Shown: in pieces, positions 28,701 through 39,684 of the stretch | Layout: the number at the start of each line of letters is the position of its first letter | Numbering within the stretch: position 1 is the first letter of the stretch | Assembly (NCBI GenBank): GCA_019745005.1 | Contig: JAIETO010000001.1 | Location: forward strand, 19,538 to 83,537 | DNA from: Burkholderiaceae bacterium | Lineage (GTDB): Bacteria; Pseudomonadota; Gammaproteobacteria; Burkholderiales; Burkholderiaceae_D | Reading direction: 5' to 3' | DNA: 64,000 bases | The notes under the pieces: generated by a model | The model's database searches: none | What the model saw: the letters and a program-made list of their open reading frames with translations, nothing else | What the model was told of the DNA's origin: nothing | Position numbers and translations under genes: made by a program

Positions 28701-29039
28701 GGGTGAAAAACGCGCCTGCATTTCCCACGCAATGGAATGCGTTAAGGCTTTTGCTTCACCGCCAGCAATCGGCAACAGGTACAAATCGCCCAGCATATCG
28801 AAGACGATATGCTTACCATCGGGGCTGACGTCCACACTCAACCAAGTTCCCGTGGTGGTATCGATATTCACGGTTTTGGCAAGGCCGGGCGGATGATTCA
28901 CGTCCCACTTCTTTTTATCTTTTGCATCTTCAGTTTGCGCCTGTGTTGGCATTGCGATTGCAGAAGCTAGCAAGGCCGAACCCAAAAACCGTGCAAGTCG
29001 CCAAAGGTCTTGTGTATTTCGCTTAGAAAAACTGGACAT
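25731..29039 (-). CDS. Secreted amidohydrolase with N-terminal TolB/PD40 beta-propeller repeats
   Basis: Repeated SPDG motifs, IPGLVDVHWH and IGSLEVGKLAD; GGAG RBS before MSSFS. Confidence 0.9.
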   Translation of the reverse strand: MSSFSKRNTQDLWRLARFLGSALLASAIAMPTQAQTEDAKDKKKWDVNHPPGLAKTVNIDTTTGTWLSVDVSPDGKHIVFDMLGDLYLLPIAGGEAKALTHSIAWEMQARFSPDGKQLAYLSDEGGGDNIWVMNIDGSQPHAVTKEDFRLVNNPVWHPNGQYIAARKHFTGTRSLGSGEIWLYHANGGSGVQLNEKPNWQKDLGEPAFSPDGRYVYYSQDTTPGKSFEYNKNSNGQIYEIFRKDLNTGKTIAFVSGPGGAVRPTPSPDGKYLAFVRRVRNQSTLFLKDLKTGVEFPAWGELERDMQETWAVYGVYPSFSWMPDSKKVVVWAKGKIWQVDPFAKSAKEISFHIKDTREVREAVRFPTEVAPDQFDVKQLRWVNTSPKGDKVVFSALGYLYVRDLPNGVPKRLTKQTEHFEYFPKFSRDGNRVVFATWHDEKLGSVRSIDVRSGQETIHTKTPGKYLDPTLSPDGKQVVYVKSRGGYLTTPWHGLEQGVYAVAADGKSEPRLLSEEGDSPQFGKESDAVYVTRTKFSGEVDWTTSLVRVMLDRTEEMPVATSEFTEQYALSPDGQWLAFTERFHTYVMPFPAAGKAVSVGSKADFLPLKQLDVNAGDYLHWSGDSQSLVFSLGDELFTTSLKNAFSFLPDAPKDLPKPSEKGLKIGFREAADKPQGITVIDGARIVTMKGDEVIANGRIVVQGNRISAVGNAADIAIPAGAKVIAAKGKTVIPGLVDVHWHGGMGENDIIPQQSWVDFASLAFGVTTLHDPSNNTAEIFTHSEMQRAGNLVAPRIFSTGTILYGAKANFSAVVNSLDDALTHLKRLKAAGAISVKSYNQPRREQRQQIVEAARQTGMLDVPEGGSLFQLNMSMIVDGHTGVEHAIPVAFAYDDVKQLWSQTKVGYTPTLVVGYGGLDGEHYWYARSDVWKHPLLSRYVPRSVLEPRAVRRETAPDEDFNIFKVAKTATELQRAGVPVNIGAHGQREGLGAHWEMWMLGRGGMTSLEAIRSATINGARYLGMEKDIGSLEVGKLADMVLIDGDILQNIEQSDKISHVMLNGRLYESASMNEVGVRNKNRKPFFFEGVNAGNVPVQVRGHGDGHGH

Positions 29040-29441
29040 CATGTCTCCATAAAAAGTCAGCATTGTGCGGGTAGCCTTTGCCGATGTTGTGTGTGCCAAG
29101 TTGGGTTGACAAAAAACTTTATGCCATGCGTTTCATCAACCACAATTAAAACACATGGGCTGATTCCTTCACTGAGGAAATTTGCGGAAGCCTCGATTAG
29201 AGTACTTACCGCTTAAATCGTTCCGTTGCTGCGGGCGTTACCAACTACTCTTGCGAATATGGCTCTTTTTATATACTGCCTAAAAAATGACATTTAATAT
29301 CGCAATTCGCGCATTATTTTAAAGCGGATCGATAAATATACTAGTGCACGTATATACTTCATGACGCAAGATTCAGATTGAATGTTGCTAACGACTTTAA
29401 TGAATCCAATGCTTTGTTGTTGGTGATTAAATTAAAATCTC

Positions 29442-29505
29442 ACCACAGAGCAGCAGAGATCGCAAAGAAAATCTTCGATCTTTGCGACCTCTGCGGCTCT
29501 GCGGT
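29442..29505 (-). repeat. REP-like long hairpin with CGCAGAG-type arms
   Basis: 27-nt arms match at 24 of 27 positions (29442-29468 vs 29479-29505) with a 10-nt loop. Confidence 0.7.
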
Positions 29506-29558
29506 AAGGCTTTTGGCTTTCCTTGTATCTCATCAACACCCAAACAGAACATAGCCCT

Positions 29559-30710
29559 TCATGGCTTGATCATGACATCTGCAATGGTGATATCTTCCAA
29601 TGCATACACGCCGCGAGCCTCTTTCCACACCAATGATTTTTCAATCAATGCGTTTAAGCCTTGTTGCACGCTGGTGACATCCGCTCGCACAGAGTCTTCT
29701 GCGCCGTGCTCAGCCAGCACGGCTTTATAGCGTTGCAATGTTGCCGCTTCAAAAGGTGCGTAATCGCTGCCAGTTTCGGCCATGACTTTTAATACGGCGT
29801 ACTGAATTGGCGTGAGGCTGTTGACCACACCCAGCAAGGCATCATTAAGCATCTTGATTTGATGGCGGACCTCCTCAGCGAAGCGCGTCGCCACATCTTC
29901 GTCGCGTAGTTCAAGGTCGTACTTGAGTTTCACTGCGGCCGCGCCGAGTATTTCTGGTCGAAACGAGGCCTCTTCAAACAAGGCCATCACCGCTTTGGGA
30001 TCAAGTTGTGCACTGAATTCTTGGTGCGCGCAAAACCAGTCGATGTAATCTTGCCCGAGCAAAGGAAAAGGCAGAATGAACGCGCCGAAAAACGCTTGTT
30101 CTTTGCTGTTTCTTAACATGGCTAGTTTGGTTTGGCTGGAACCTGTCGCAATGATATGCAGACCAAAATGCAGACTGCTATTGATTTCATCACGTGCCGC
30201 TTTCAGCGCAAATAAAGTGTCATTGCCGTCTTTTGTCGAAATGGCGTGTTGCGCTTCATCGATGATCAAGGCGATGGGTTTTTGCGTTTCGTCAGATAGC
30301 GCAGCCAGCGCACCAGAGATGGAAATGCCTTGATTGAGGCCGACTCGATCTAAGGAAAAAGTCATGCCGCCTAGACTCACTTTATCCATCCCAGCACTTT
30401 GCGCGAGGCGTTTGATCACCCCATCGTGCTTCGCGAGTTCGCTACGAATCGCCGTGATAATGACTTTGCCAGGATCAGCCTGCTTGTCTTCCCACAAATC
30501 CGCGTAGATCACGATAGCGCCAGTCGCTTGTATCGCTGGGCGCAGATCTTCTCGAATAAAGGTAGATTTGCCCGTGCGACGTGGGGCGGAGAGAAATAAA
30601 CCAGAGTTCGCAGTGGCACCAGGCGACAACGTCATCACGCGCTCAGCAAGTTTTTTTGCCAGCGCTGTGCGGTGAAAGACGGTTTTACTTTGTGGCGTTT
30701 TTTTGGACAC
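29559..30710 (-). CDS. Stand-alone P-loop ATPase (AAA/archaeal-ATPase-like) with probable C-terminal winged helix
   Basis: Walker A APRRTGKS, Walker B LIIDEAQ and ATGS; C-terminal LIEKSLVWKEARGVY. Confidence 0.8.
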   Translation of the reverse strand: MSKKTPQSKTVFHRTALAKKLAERVMTLSPGATANSGLFLSAPRRTGKSTFIREDLRPAIQATGAIVIYADLWEDKQADPGKVIITAIRSELAKHDGVIKRLAQSAGMDKVSLGGMTFSLDRVGLNQGISISGALAALSDETQKPIALIIDEAQHAISTKDGNDTLFALKAARDEINSSLHFGLHIIATGSSQTKLAMLRNSKEQAFFGAFILPFPLLGQDYIDWFCAHQEFSAQLDPKAVMALFEEASFRPEILGAAAVKLKYDLELRDEDVATRFAEEVRHQIKMLNDALLGVVNSLTPIQYAVLKVMAETGSDYAPFEAATLQRYKAVLAEHGAEDSVRADVTSVQQGLNALIEKSLVWKEARGVYALEDITIADVMIKP

Positions 30711-30806
30711 AAATTCACCTTTACATAAAATTATAGTGAATTATAGGTGATTATTTTTTTAGCGTAAAAACAAAATTTATACAAAATTACATTCAATTAT
30801 AGTCAA

Positions 30807-32177
30807 TTATTTTTTATCACTCTCGGTTTTGTTTTTGCTCGATTCAAGAATTTTCGCAGCTTCCATGCGCTCAAGATCTTTCTTTAGTGCAGCAGGGATT
30901 GCGTAGTTTGGAAAAAGGCGATGAAACTCACGCCAGGCAACTAAGGCTTCCTCAGAATTGTTTTGTTTGACCAAGGTTTGGATCTTTTGCAAGCGCTCTT
31001 TGGGCGCAATTGCATAGAGGCCATCAGCGCGAGCGGGCGCCGCCGCTGGCAAGTGCCTTGCGGCTATTTCTCCCTTGTTGTGGTCAATTTCTCGCGCACT
31101 CCCTTCCACTTTCTCTGCAGATTTTTGCACGCTTGCCGCTTGCGCAATGGTGTTGGATTGCTTGAGGCTTTCCGTCGATGAAACTGCGCCTATTTCCGGC
31201 GTTTTCTGCGCACTTTTTTTCAAGCTTGTAAGTTCACTTGGCTCGGCTGGCAAATACGTTTCAACTTGTCGTTCGGCGACAGAATTGACCGCAACAGACG
31301 CGTAAGGCTTACGCCCACTGTCCGCCACCACGGCGCTAGGTGCCTCCACCGCAGGCGGCGGTGGCGCGACTATCGCGGGCGCTGGCGCTTTCGCTTCTGT
31401 CGACAAGCTAGCTTCGTCACGTGCACGAGCTGAGTTCGCTGCGCTAAGCTGTATGCTTTGTGGTTTCGATGGCAGGCTGGTTTTTGACTCGCGGATAGCT
31501 TGTTCTGCGAGTCGTTCCGAGTCAACTATTTTCTTTGATCGACTTTCCTCACTGAGCGCAATCTGCGCGGTTTTTTCCTCGGTGATGCGATTTATTGCGC
31601 TTGATTCCGTATCAACATTTGAACGCTCCGCTCGCTTCGCCTTGTCGTTGGGAGAGGATTCGGCACTAATTAGGGAGGCAGGATTAGGAAGATTTGCGCT
31701 CTTTTCCAAAGTTGAAGCGCTTTTTTCCAAAGTTGAAGCGCTTTGATTTAATGCTTGAATAGGCGGCGTGTTGGAAGCCAAGGCAATTTGCCGCTGATCG
31801 GTTGACAACGACGCCGACTGCCAACGCAAACCAATTGAGATAACTAATAGCAGGCTGGCCGCAATGGCAAACATCGCTGGCCAATCGCGCAGAAAGTGGC
31901 GTGCTGGTTTCGCTTTCTGGTCTGGCGTCTGCGCGTCATTGGCGGCCGCAAGTGTAGCTTGCTGCGCTTTCAATTGATCACATCTAGCGGCTTCGTCGCG
32001 GGCACTTTGCTCCGCCCGCTTTTCGGCATCAAGCTTTTCTTGTGCGCGTTGCAGTATGCTTGCGGTCAAAGCATCGGGCGGGTCTTCGGCGAGCGCTCGC
32101 AAATCGATAGCGAGTTGACCTTCATGCCTCAAAAATGCGTCAAATTCGGCATCATTGTTTTGAATTGGCTTAGTCAT
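30807..32177 (-). CDS. Putative membrane anti-sigma factor (SbrR-like)
   Basis: Overlaps the sigma stop codon. Has PPDALTASIL, one TM (WPAMFAIAASLLLV), a low-complexity periplasmic part and C-terminal WREFHRLFPNY. Confidence 0.72.
   Translation of the reverse strand: MTKPIQNNDAEFDAFLRHEGQLAIDLRALAEDPPDALTASILQRAQEKLDAEKRAEQSARDEAARCDQLKAQQATLAAANDAQTPDQKAKPARHFLRDWPAMFAIAASLLLVISIGLRWQSASLSTDQRQIALASNTPPIQALNQSASTLEKSASTLEKSANLPNPASLISAESSPNDKAKRAERSNVDTESSAINRITEEKTAQIALSEESRSKKIVDSERLAEQAIRESKTSLPSKPQSIQLSAANSARARDEASLSTEAKAPAPAIVAPPPPAVEAPSAVVADSGRKPYASVAVNSVAERQVETYLPAEPSELTSLKKSAQKTPEIGAVSSTESLKQSNTIAQAASVQKSAEKVEGSAREIDHNKGEIAARHLPAAAPARADGLYAIAPKERLQKIQTLVKQNNSEEALVAWREFHRLFPNYAIPAALKKDLERMEAAKILESSKNKTESDKK
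31696..31742. repeat. In-frame 21-bp tandem duplication (SASTLEK x2)
   Basis: GCGCT(C/T)TTTTCCAAAGTTGAA occurs twice, followed by a partial third copy. Confidence 0.85.
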
Positions 32178-32796
32178 GTTGAATTTCCTCCGCCGCATTT
32201 GCTTCATCCATTGAATTAGCAATCGGCTCAGCAAGCTGGCGTAATTTGCGCATGGCATAGCGCAGGCGGCTCTTGACGGTTTCGACTGGCGTCACTGTGA
32301 CTTGTGCAATCTCTTCCAAGCTCATCCCACTAAAATGTTGCAAAGCCAGCGCTTCTCTTTGCTCGCTGGGTAGCGCTTTGATGGCCGTGTTCAACCAAGC
32401 TAATCGCTGCTTGCTATCCATTTTCTCTTCCGCTGTGTCGACAGCTTGTTCTGCATTCACGACCTCATCAAAATACGCATCTCCCTCATCGCTTCGCCCG
32501 AGTTCGCTTGCCAATAATGTGTGGCGATGAAGACGCAATTGGTCAATTAATTTGTTGCGCGCTATTTGAAACAGATAGGTACGAAAAGTCGCTTGCGCAA
32601 CGTAGCGTGCTCGCGCGTCATGCAAACTACCCCAAGTTTCTTGGGTAATCTCGTCCACCCATTCACGGCGCGGCGAGCGCCACAAAATGAACATGTAGAG
32701 ACCGCGACTATGGCGACGATACAGTTCCTGGAAAGCGTTAATGTCGCCATCGCGGTAAATCAACATCAAGGTTTCGTCGGGAAGCGTAGAAGACAT
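32170..32796 (-). CDS. ECF RNA polymerase sigma factor (SbrI-like)
   Basis: Region 2 (FRTYLFQIARNKLID) and region 4 (LPSEQRE...SLEEIA...TVKSRLRYA). Confidence 0.93.
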   Translation of the reverse strand: MSSTLPDETLMLIYRDGDINAFQELYRRHSRGLYMFILWRSPRREWVDEITQETWGSLHDARARYVAQATFRTYLFQIARNKLIDQLRLHRHTLLASELGRSDEGDAYFDEVVNAEQAVDTAEEKMDSKQRLAWLNTAIKALPSEQREALALQHFSGMSLEEIAQVTVTPVETVKSRLRYAMRKLRQLAEPIANSMDEANAAEEIQHD

Positions 32797-32972
32797 ACAT
32801 GCGTGTAAAAAGAGGTTTGCATCTTTACGCGAATGCCGCGTAAGCGCTATTCAGTGTAGCCCAAAATTTTCAAAAAACGAACCATGCGGTGTCACATCCG
32901 AATATTTTCCGCGAGGTTTGAATCGGCAAATTTGCGAAAAAATTTTTGAGTACTAAAAATATTTTTTATTTT

Positions 32973-33002
32973 TAACCCCGTTTTAGGCGCAGCACCGTTT
33001 CA
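32973..33002 (+). promoter_or_regulatory. Putative ECF-dependent promoter
   Basis: TAACCCC-N16-CGTTTCA ending 35 nt upstream of the divergent gene; has the generic ECF AAC/CGT pattern. Confidence 0.6.
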
Positions 33003-33037
33003 CACTCCATCGACTACTTAAACGAACGGAGACCACC

Positions 33038-33844
33038 ATGCTGCGCGCCATCATTTTTACTTTTTCTGCTTGGATTTTTTGTGCAATTTCTATGGCCCAT
33101 GCAGGTGAATTAGCCAGCCTTTCCATCATCTCGCAACAAACGGGCGAACCATTAAAAATATGGCGGCATGGTGGCCGCAATTACGTCGCAGCGATTGTCG
33201 GGCAACGCTATTACTTGCGCTTGACGAACAAATTGAATGAGCGCGTTTTATCCGTGGTCGCGGTTGACGGTATCAATGTCATCACGGGTGCGACGGCAAC
33301 GCCAGAACAAACTGGCTATGTGCTCGGTGCGTGGCAACAGCAAGACATTTTGGGATGGCGTAAAGACCAGCATCAAGTCGCCGCCTTTTATTTCACGAAT
33401 GTTGAAGATTCCTATGCAGCCCGCACGGGGCGGGAAAATCAAGCGGGCGTGATTGGCATCGCGATTTATCGCGAGCGCGCAGAGCGACCTGAGATTGCAG
33501 CAATCAGCCCGCCCGCACCATTGCTTGAGGATAGAGCGAAATCAGCGAGCGAAAGTCCACGCCGCATGGTCGAGCCAAGCTTGAAAAGTGAAGCCGCTCC
33601 CGTCGCAAGCATGCCCCTGCGTGAAGAACGGTTGGGCACCGGCCATGGGGAGCGTATCGCGAGCCAAATCCGCACGACTAGTTTTATCCGCGCCACCAGC
33701 ACTCCAAATGAAGTACTGACTTTGTACTACGACAGCTACGCCAATCTTGTTGCGCGCGGCATTATTCCAAAAACATGGCCGCGCAATGTAGATCCGCAAT
33801 ATCCACCGGCCTTTCCAGGGACTTTCGTGCCAGACCCCGCTTGA
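33038..33844 (+). CDS. Secreted hypothetical protein
   Basis: Signal peptide; VDGINVITG, GWRK, SYAARTGR and LGTGHGER motifs; GGAG RBS. Confidence 0.8.
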   Translation: MLRAIIFTFSAWIFCAISMAHAGELASLSIISQQTGEPLKIWRHGGRNYVAAIVGQRYYLRLTNKLNERVLSVVAVDGINVITGATATPEQTGYVLGAWQQQDILGWRKDQHQVAAFYFTNVEDSYAARTGRENQAGVIGIAIYRERAERPEIAAISPPAPLLEDRAKSASESPRRMVEPSLKSEAAPVASMPLREERLGTGHGERIASQIRTTSFIRATSTPNEVLTLYYDSYANLVARGIIPKTWPRNVDPQYPPAFPGTFVPDPA

Positions 33845-33906
33845 AATATAGCACTAGCGAAAAAATCGAATTACCTCATCCACAAAATAAATAGAAGGAA
33901 TTAACC

Positions 33907-35199
33907 ATGAAAACACGTCGCCAACTACACGCATTTTTTGAACTACATCCAAGCACAAGCGCGGCTCAAGAATTGGTCAAAGCAAATTACAAGAAGCTTT
34001 CTACTCATTGCGTGCTGATTGGCGTGAGTGCTTTCTTTTGTGCAAGCGCACTTGCAATACCAGAAAAAACAAATGCTCCGACGAGCAACAACGCTGCAGT
34101 TCACCTCACCGGAAAAACGGCGACATCGAATAAACGCACGCCAAATAATCAAGACGCACAATTAGTCGAACTGGTATTTGTGATCGACACGACAGGCTCG
34201 ATGGGCGGATTATTAGACGGCGCCAAAGCAAAAATTTGGAGCATCGTTAACAACATTTTGCAGAAACCTGATCGGCAAAATGTGCGCGTAAAAGTTGGTC
34301 TTGTGGCTTTTCGAGATCGTGGTGACACGTATTTAACGAAGCTGACGCAACTCACCGACAATTTAGATCAAGTTTATAGCGAGTTAACTGCGCTGCACGC
34401 CGAAGGTGGTGGCGATACGCCGGAAGACGTGCGTACCGCAATGCATCAGGCAGTCAATAGGATGGTTTGGTCTAAGGCGTCAGCCAGCACGTCGCAAATC
34501 ATTTTTCTAGTTGGTGATGCGCCGCCACATAACGATTATTTGGATGTACCTTCGGTCGAGACTAGCGTCAAATTAGCGCGCGGCAGAGGCATACTCATCA
34601 ATGCCATTCAATGTGGTTCGCTCGCTGATACAACTGGACCATGGCGGCAAGTGGCGCAGCTTGGTGGGGGTGAGTATTTTTCAATCGCTCAAAACGGTGG
34701 CGTCGACGTAGTCGCTACACCACAGGATGCCGAGTTAGCTGTACTTGGAGAAAAAATCGGCGCGACGTATCTCGCTTACGGACGAGCAGATGAGCGAAAA
34801 GCAAAAATGAGCCAACAACTCGTGTTGGAAGGAAAACTGGTGGCCGCCGCGCCGCCAGCGGCGCGTGCCGAACGCGCGGTCAATAAAGCGATTAATATTC
34901 GCGCTTATGACGAGTCCGATTTGCTGCAGAAAATAGAGTCAGGCGAAACATCATTGTCGCGTCTGAGAGACGAAGAATTACCGGATGATTTGCGCAAACT
35001 CCCGCCTAACGAAAGGCAAAGGAGAATTGACGAAGCATTGCAGGTCCGAAATAATCTTAAAAAGCGCATAATCGAACTCTCCAAAAAACGCGAAGAGTTT
35101 TTAAGCGAAGAGCGATCAAAGAAAAACGCCGTAAAAAGCGCAGATCAACTTGGTTTTGATAGTGCAGTTTCAAGCACCTTGGAGCGCCAAATAAAATAG
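33907..35199 (+). CDS. vWA-domain protein
   Basis: MIDAS motif VFVIDTTGSMG, GGGDTPED and LVGDAPPH. Confidence 0.9.
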   Translation: MKTRRQLHAFFELHPSTSAAQELVKANYKKLSTHCVLIGVSAFFCASALAIPEKTNAPTSNNAAVHLTGKTATSNKRTPNNQDAQLVELVFVIDTTGSMGGLLDGAKAKIWSIVNNILQKPDRQNVRVKVGLVAFRDRGDTYLTKLTQLTDNLDQVYSELTALHAEGGGDTPEDVRTAMHQAVNRMVWSKASASTSQIIFLVGDAPPHNDYLDVPSVETSVKLARGRGILINAIQCGSLADTTGPWRQVAQLGGGEYFSIAQNGGVDVVATPQDAELAVLGEKIGATYLAYGRADERKAKMSQQLVLEGKLVAAAPPAARAERAVNKAINIRAYDESDLLQKIESGETSLSRLRDEELPDDLRKLPPNERQRRIDEALQVRNNLKKRIIELSKKREEFLSEERSKKNAVKSADQLGFDSAVSSTLERQIK

Positions 35200-35230
35200 G
35201 CTACTTTCGGTTTTTCTCGGCCACACAAAC

Positions 35231-35264
35231 AAAAAAAGATCAGCTTTCACACTGATCTTTTTTT
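35231..35264. terminator. Bidirectional intrinsic terminator between the vWA gene and the tRNA
   Basis: AAAAAAAGATCAG / CTGATCTTTTTTT. Confidence 0.75.
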
Positions 35265-35272
35265 ATTTATTC

Positions 35273-35363
35273 TGGCGGAAAGACAGGGATTTGAACCCTG
35301 GATACGTCATAAACGTATGCCGGATTTCGAGTCCGGTGCATTCGACCACTCTGCCATCTTTCC
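35273..35363 (-). tRNA. tRNA-Ser (anticodon CGA)
   Basis: GGAAAGATGGCAGAGTGGTCGAATGCACCGGACT-CGA-AATCCGG, a long variable arm, and GGTTCAAATCCC...GCCA. Confidence 0.96.
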
Positions 35364-35493
35364 ATTTTCAACAACGGCTTTTTTAAAACGCCCTACTTTT
35401 CCGTTACTGATCCAAGCCGCAAATTATAGCAAAACGGCGTTCTATTTCCTAGTCGAAATTTTCCACGCGAATCAAGGTTTCAATTAGCCTATT

Positions 35494-36858
<1,365 letters not shown>

Positions 36859-36942
36859 TTAATTCCCTAAATTTACTAAGGCAATCCTATGCAAAATTCG
36901 AGACAAGATGCGACACGCGCGGCAAAAAACGAAAAACACTTA

Positions 36943-36995
36943 ATACCTGACGTAATTACTCAAGTTTGCTATACTTGAGGGAATTAGTCGGGATT
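36943..36995 (+). promoter_or_regulatory. Two tandem IscR type-1-like sites
   Basis: ATACCTGACGTAATTACTCAAGTTT and ATACTTGAGGGAATTAGTCGGGATT resemble ATASYYGACTRWWWYAGTCRRSTAT and lie upstream of iscR. Confidence 0.65.
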
Positions 36996-37044
36996 AATTT
37001 TTTCCCTTAAGCAAATTATCTCTATCAGCTCGGAGTAAATTCTA

Positions 37045-37530
37045 ATGCGTTTGACAACTAAAGGTCGTTTTGCTGTCACTGCCATGATAGATTTAGCCAT
37101 GCGCCAAGAAAATGGCCCCGTCACTTTGGCGGGTATAAGCCAGCGCCAAGACATTTCACTTTCTTATCTCGAGCAATTGTTTGGCAAGCTGCGTCGTCAC
37201 GACATCGTCGAATCAGTGCGTGGACCAGGTGGTGGTTATCATTTGGCCCGTCTAGCCGAAAAAGTCACTGTTGCCGACATCATTATCGCAGTGGATGAGC
37301 CCATCGATGCAACTCAGTGCGGTGGCAAAGGAAATTGCCACGGTAGTGATCAAGAACGCGGCATTCACTGTATGACGCATGATTTATGGGCCACTTTGAA
37401 TGCAAAAATGGTGGATTATCTCGACTCCGTTTCACTGCAAGATCTCGTTAATCAACAAAAGAAAAAACATGCCGAAAGCCATGTTGTTGTTATGCGGCCG
37501 ACTTTCAGCGGTCACACCCTCTCTCAATAA
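37045..37530 (+). CDS. iscR: Fe-S cluster regulator IscR
   Basis: MRLTTKGRFAVTAM, SVRGPGGGY, and three Cys plus His. Confidence 0.97.
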   Translation: MRLTTKGRFAVTAMIDLAMRQENGPVTLAGISQRQDISLSYLEQLFGKLRRHDIVESVRGPGGGYHLARLAEKVTVADIIIAVDEPIDATQCGGKGNCHGSDQERGIHCMTHDLWATLNAKMVDYLDSVSLQDLVNQQKKKHAESHVVVMRPTFSGHTLSQ

Positions 37531-37545
37531 TTGGAGCCGTAATAA

Positions 37546-38799
37546 ATGAATGCCCCTTTGGAAAAAAGCCTGCTTGATACATTAAAAGCACCGCACTTCC
37601 CTATTTATATGGATTACTCCGCCACGACGCCGGTTGATCCACGTGTTGCAGACAAGATGATTCCATTTTTACGTGCACATTATGGGAATCCAGCATCTCG
37701 CAGCCATATGTATGGTTGGGACGCTGAGGCCGCAGTCGAGGAGGCGCGCGCCCATGTGGCCGCGTTGGTCAATGCCGACCAGCGGGAAATCATTTGGACT
37801 TCTGGAGCGACCGAGAGCAACAATTTAGCGCTCAAAGGCGCCGCAAATTTTTACAAATCCAAGGGCAAGCACATTATTACCGTCAAAACCGAGCACAAAG
37901 CCGTGTTAGATACGGTGCGGGAATTAGAACGGCAAGGTTTTGAGGCGACTTATTTACACCCGCAGGACAATGGATTGATTACCGTTGATCAGTTACGCGA
38001 GGCAATTCGCCCTGACACCATTTTGGTTTCCGTCATGTGGGTCAATAACGAAATTGGCGTTATTCAGCCCATCGCCGAGATCGGTGAGCTATGTCGCGAA
38101 AAAGGCATCATTTTTCATTCCGACGCTGCGCAAGCAACAGGTAAAGTTGAGATAGATTTAGAGAAAACCAAAGTCGATTTAGTCTCATTTTCTGCCCATA
38201 AATCCTATGGTCCGAAAGGCATCGGTGCACTTTATATTCGACGCAAACCAAGGGTGCGTTTAGAAGCGCAAATGCACGGCGGTGGACATGAGCGTGGCTT
38301 GCGCTCCGGCACCCTGCCCCCGCATCAAATTGCGGGTATGGGGGAAGCATTTCGCATCGCCAAAGAAGAAATGGCGTCTGAACTTGCACATATCCGAACT
38401 ATGCGCGATCGACTTGCAAAAGGCTTGCAAGAAATTGAAGAAACTTACGTGAATGGTGACATGGAACATCGGGTTCCACATAACCTCAACGTGAGCTTCA
38501 ATTATGTAGAAGGAGAATCACTGATTATGGCGATCAAGGATATCGCGGTATCTTCTGGTTCCGCCTGCACTTCCGCTAGTCTTGAGCCTTCATATGTGTT
38601 GCGTGCTTTGGGGCGTAGCGACGAACTAGCGCATAGTTCTATACGCTTCACAATCGGCCGCTTCACTACAGAAGAGGACATTGATTTCACGATCAACTTA
38701 CTCAAATCCAAAGTCGAAAAATTGCGCGAACTGTCGCCCTTGTGGGATATGTATAAAGACGGTATCGATATTTCCACCATACAGTGGGCTGCACACTAA
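37546..38799 (+). CDS. iscS: Cysteine desulfurase
   Basis: [19 protein letters not shown] and [10 protein letters not shown]. Confidence 0.98.
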   Translation: MNAPLEKSLLDTLKAPHFPIYMDYSATTPVDPRVADKMIPFLRAHYGNPASRSHMYGWDAEAAVEEARAHVAALVNADQREIIWTSGATESNNLALKGAANFYKSKGKHIITVKTEHKAVLDTVRELERQGFEATYLHPQDNGLITVDQLREAIRPDTILVSVMWVNNEIGVIQPIAEIGELCREKGIIFHSDAAQATGKVEIDLEKTKVDLVSFSAHKSYGPKGIGALYIRRKPRVRLEAQMHGGGHERGLRSGTLPPHQIAGMGEAFRIAKEEMASELAHIRTMRDRLAKGLQEIEETYVNGDMEHRVPHNLNVSFNYVEGESLIMAIKDIAVSSGSACTSASLEPSYVLRALGRSDELAHSSIRFTIGRFTTEEDIDFTINLLKSKVEKLRELSPLWDMYKDGIDISTIQWAAH

Positions 38800-38844
38800 A
38801 TTTAGCCCATCGCTAACCATCGTTTTTAAGTCAGGAGTTTTATC

Positions 38845-39231
38845 ATGGCATATTCAGAAAAAGTTTTAGATCACTATGAAAACCCACGTAATGTTGGTGC
38901 TTTCGACAAAGGTGATGAGAGCATAGGCACGGGCATGGTCGGTGCGCCTGCCTGTGGCGACGTAATGAAATTACAAATCAAAGTTGGTGCCGACGGTGTC
39001 ATCGAAGACGCAAAGTTTAAGACATACGGCTGTGGCTCTGCCATCGCCTCCTCTTCGTTGGTCACTGAGTGGGTGAAAGGGAAGACGCTGGATCAAGCGC
39101 TGTCAATTAAAAACACCCAAATTGCGGAAGAGTTGGCACTGCCACCTGTCAAAATCCATTGCTCAATTCTTGCAGAGGATGCGATTAAAGCAGCCGTTCA
39201 AGACTACAAAAATAAGCATGCTTCTGCATAA
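38845..39231 (+). CDS. iscU: Fe-S scaffold protein
   Basis: GAPACGD, YGCGSA and LPPVKIHC. Confidence 0.98.
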   Translation: MAYSEKVLDHYENPRNVGAFDKGDESIGTGMVGAPACGDVMKLQIKVGADGVIEDAKFKTYGCGSAIASSSLVTEWVKGKTLDQALSIKNTQIAEELALPPVKIHCSILAEDAIKAAVQDYKNKHASA

Positions 39232-39295
39232 ACTCTACATAGCTCATCAGATAGTTTTGAGTTGAAGTGAATTTGAGATTCAAGGGAACGAAATC

Positions 39296-39619
39296 ATGGC
39301 AATCACACTAACGGAAAAAGCAGCAAAACACGTCACTCGATACATCGAGCGACGTGGAAAAGGTTTGGGTTTGCGCTTTGGTGTGCGCACCACTGGGTGC
39401 TCAGGCATGGCGTATAAACTGGAATATGTCGACGAAACTGGAAATGACGATCAAGTTTTTGAATCGCATGGGGTGAAGGTTTTTGTTGATCCAAAAAGTT
39501 TGCCCTACATCGATGGCACAGAACTCGATTTTGCGCGTGAGGGTTTAAATGAGGGCTTTAAGTTTTACAACCCTAACGTTAAAGATGAATGCGGTTGCGG
39601 CGAAAGCTTTCGCATTTAG
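39296..39619 (+). CDS. iscA: Fe-S assembly protein IscA
   Basis: TTGCSG and CGCGESF. Confidence 0.97.
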   Translation: MAITLTEKAAKHVTRYIERRGKGLGLRFGVRTTGCSGMAYKLEYVDETGNDDQVFESHGVKVFVDPKSLPYIDGTELDFAREGLNEGFKFYNPNVKDECGCGESFRI

Positions 39620-39684
39620 CCACTTAATCCATTAACTTACTTTTTTGCGCGCAGTGTTGGCGAATAAATTGCCGTTTCTACCGA

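Noticed and set aside
35273-35363. tRNA-Ser as the integration site of an island covering the left half of the window
   Set aside because: No integrase and no duplicated tRNA 3' end were seen; TGGCGGAA matches elsewhere extend no further.
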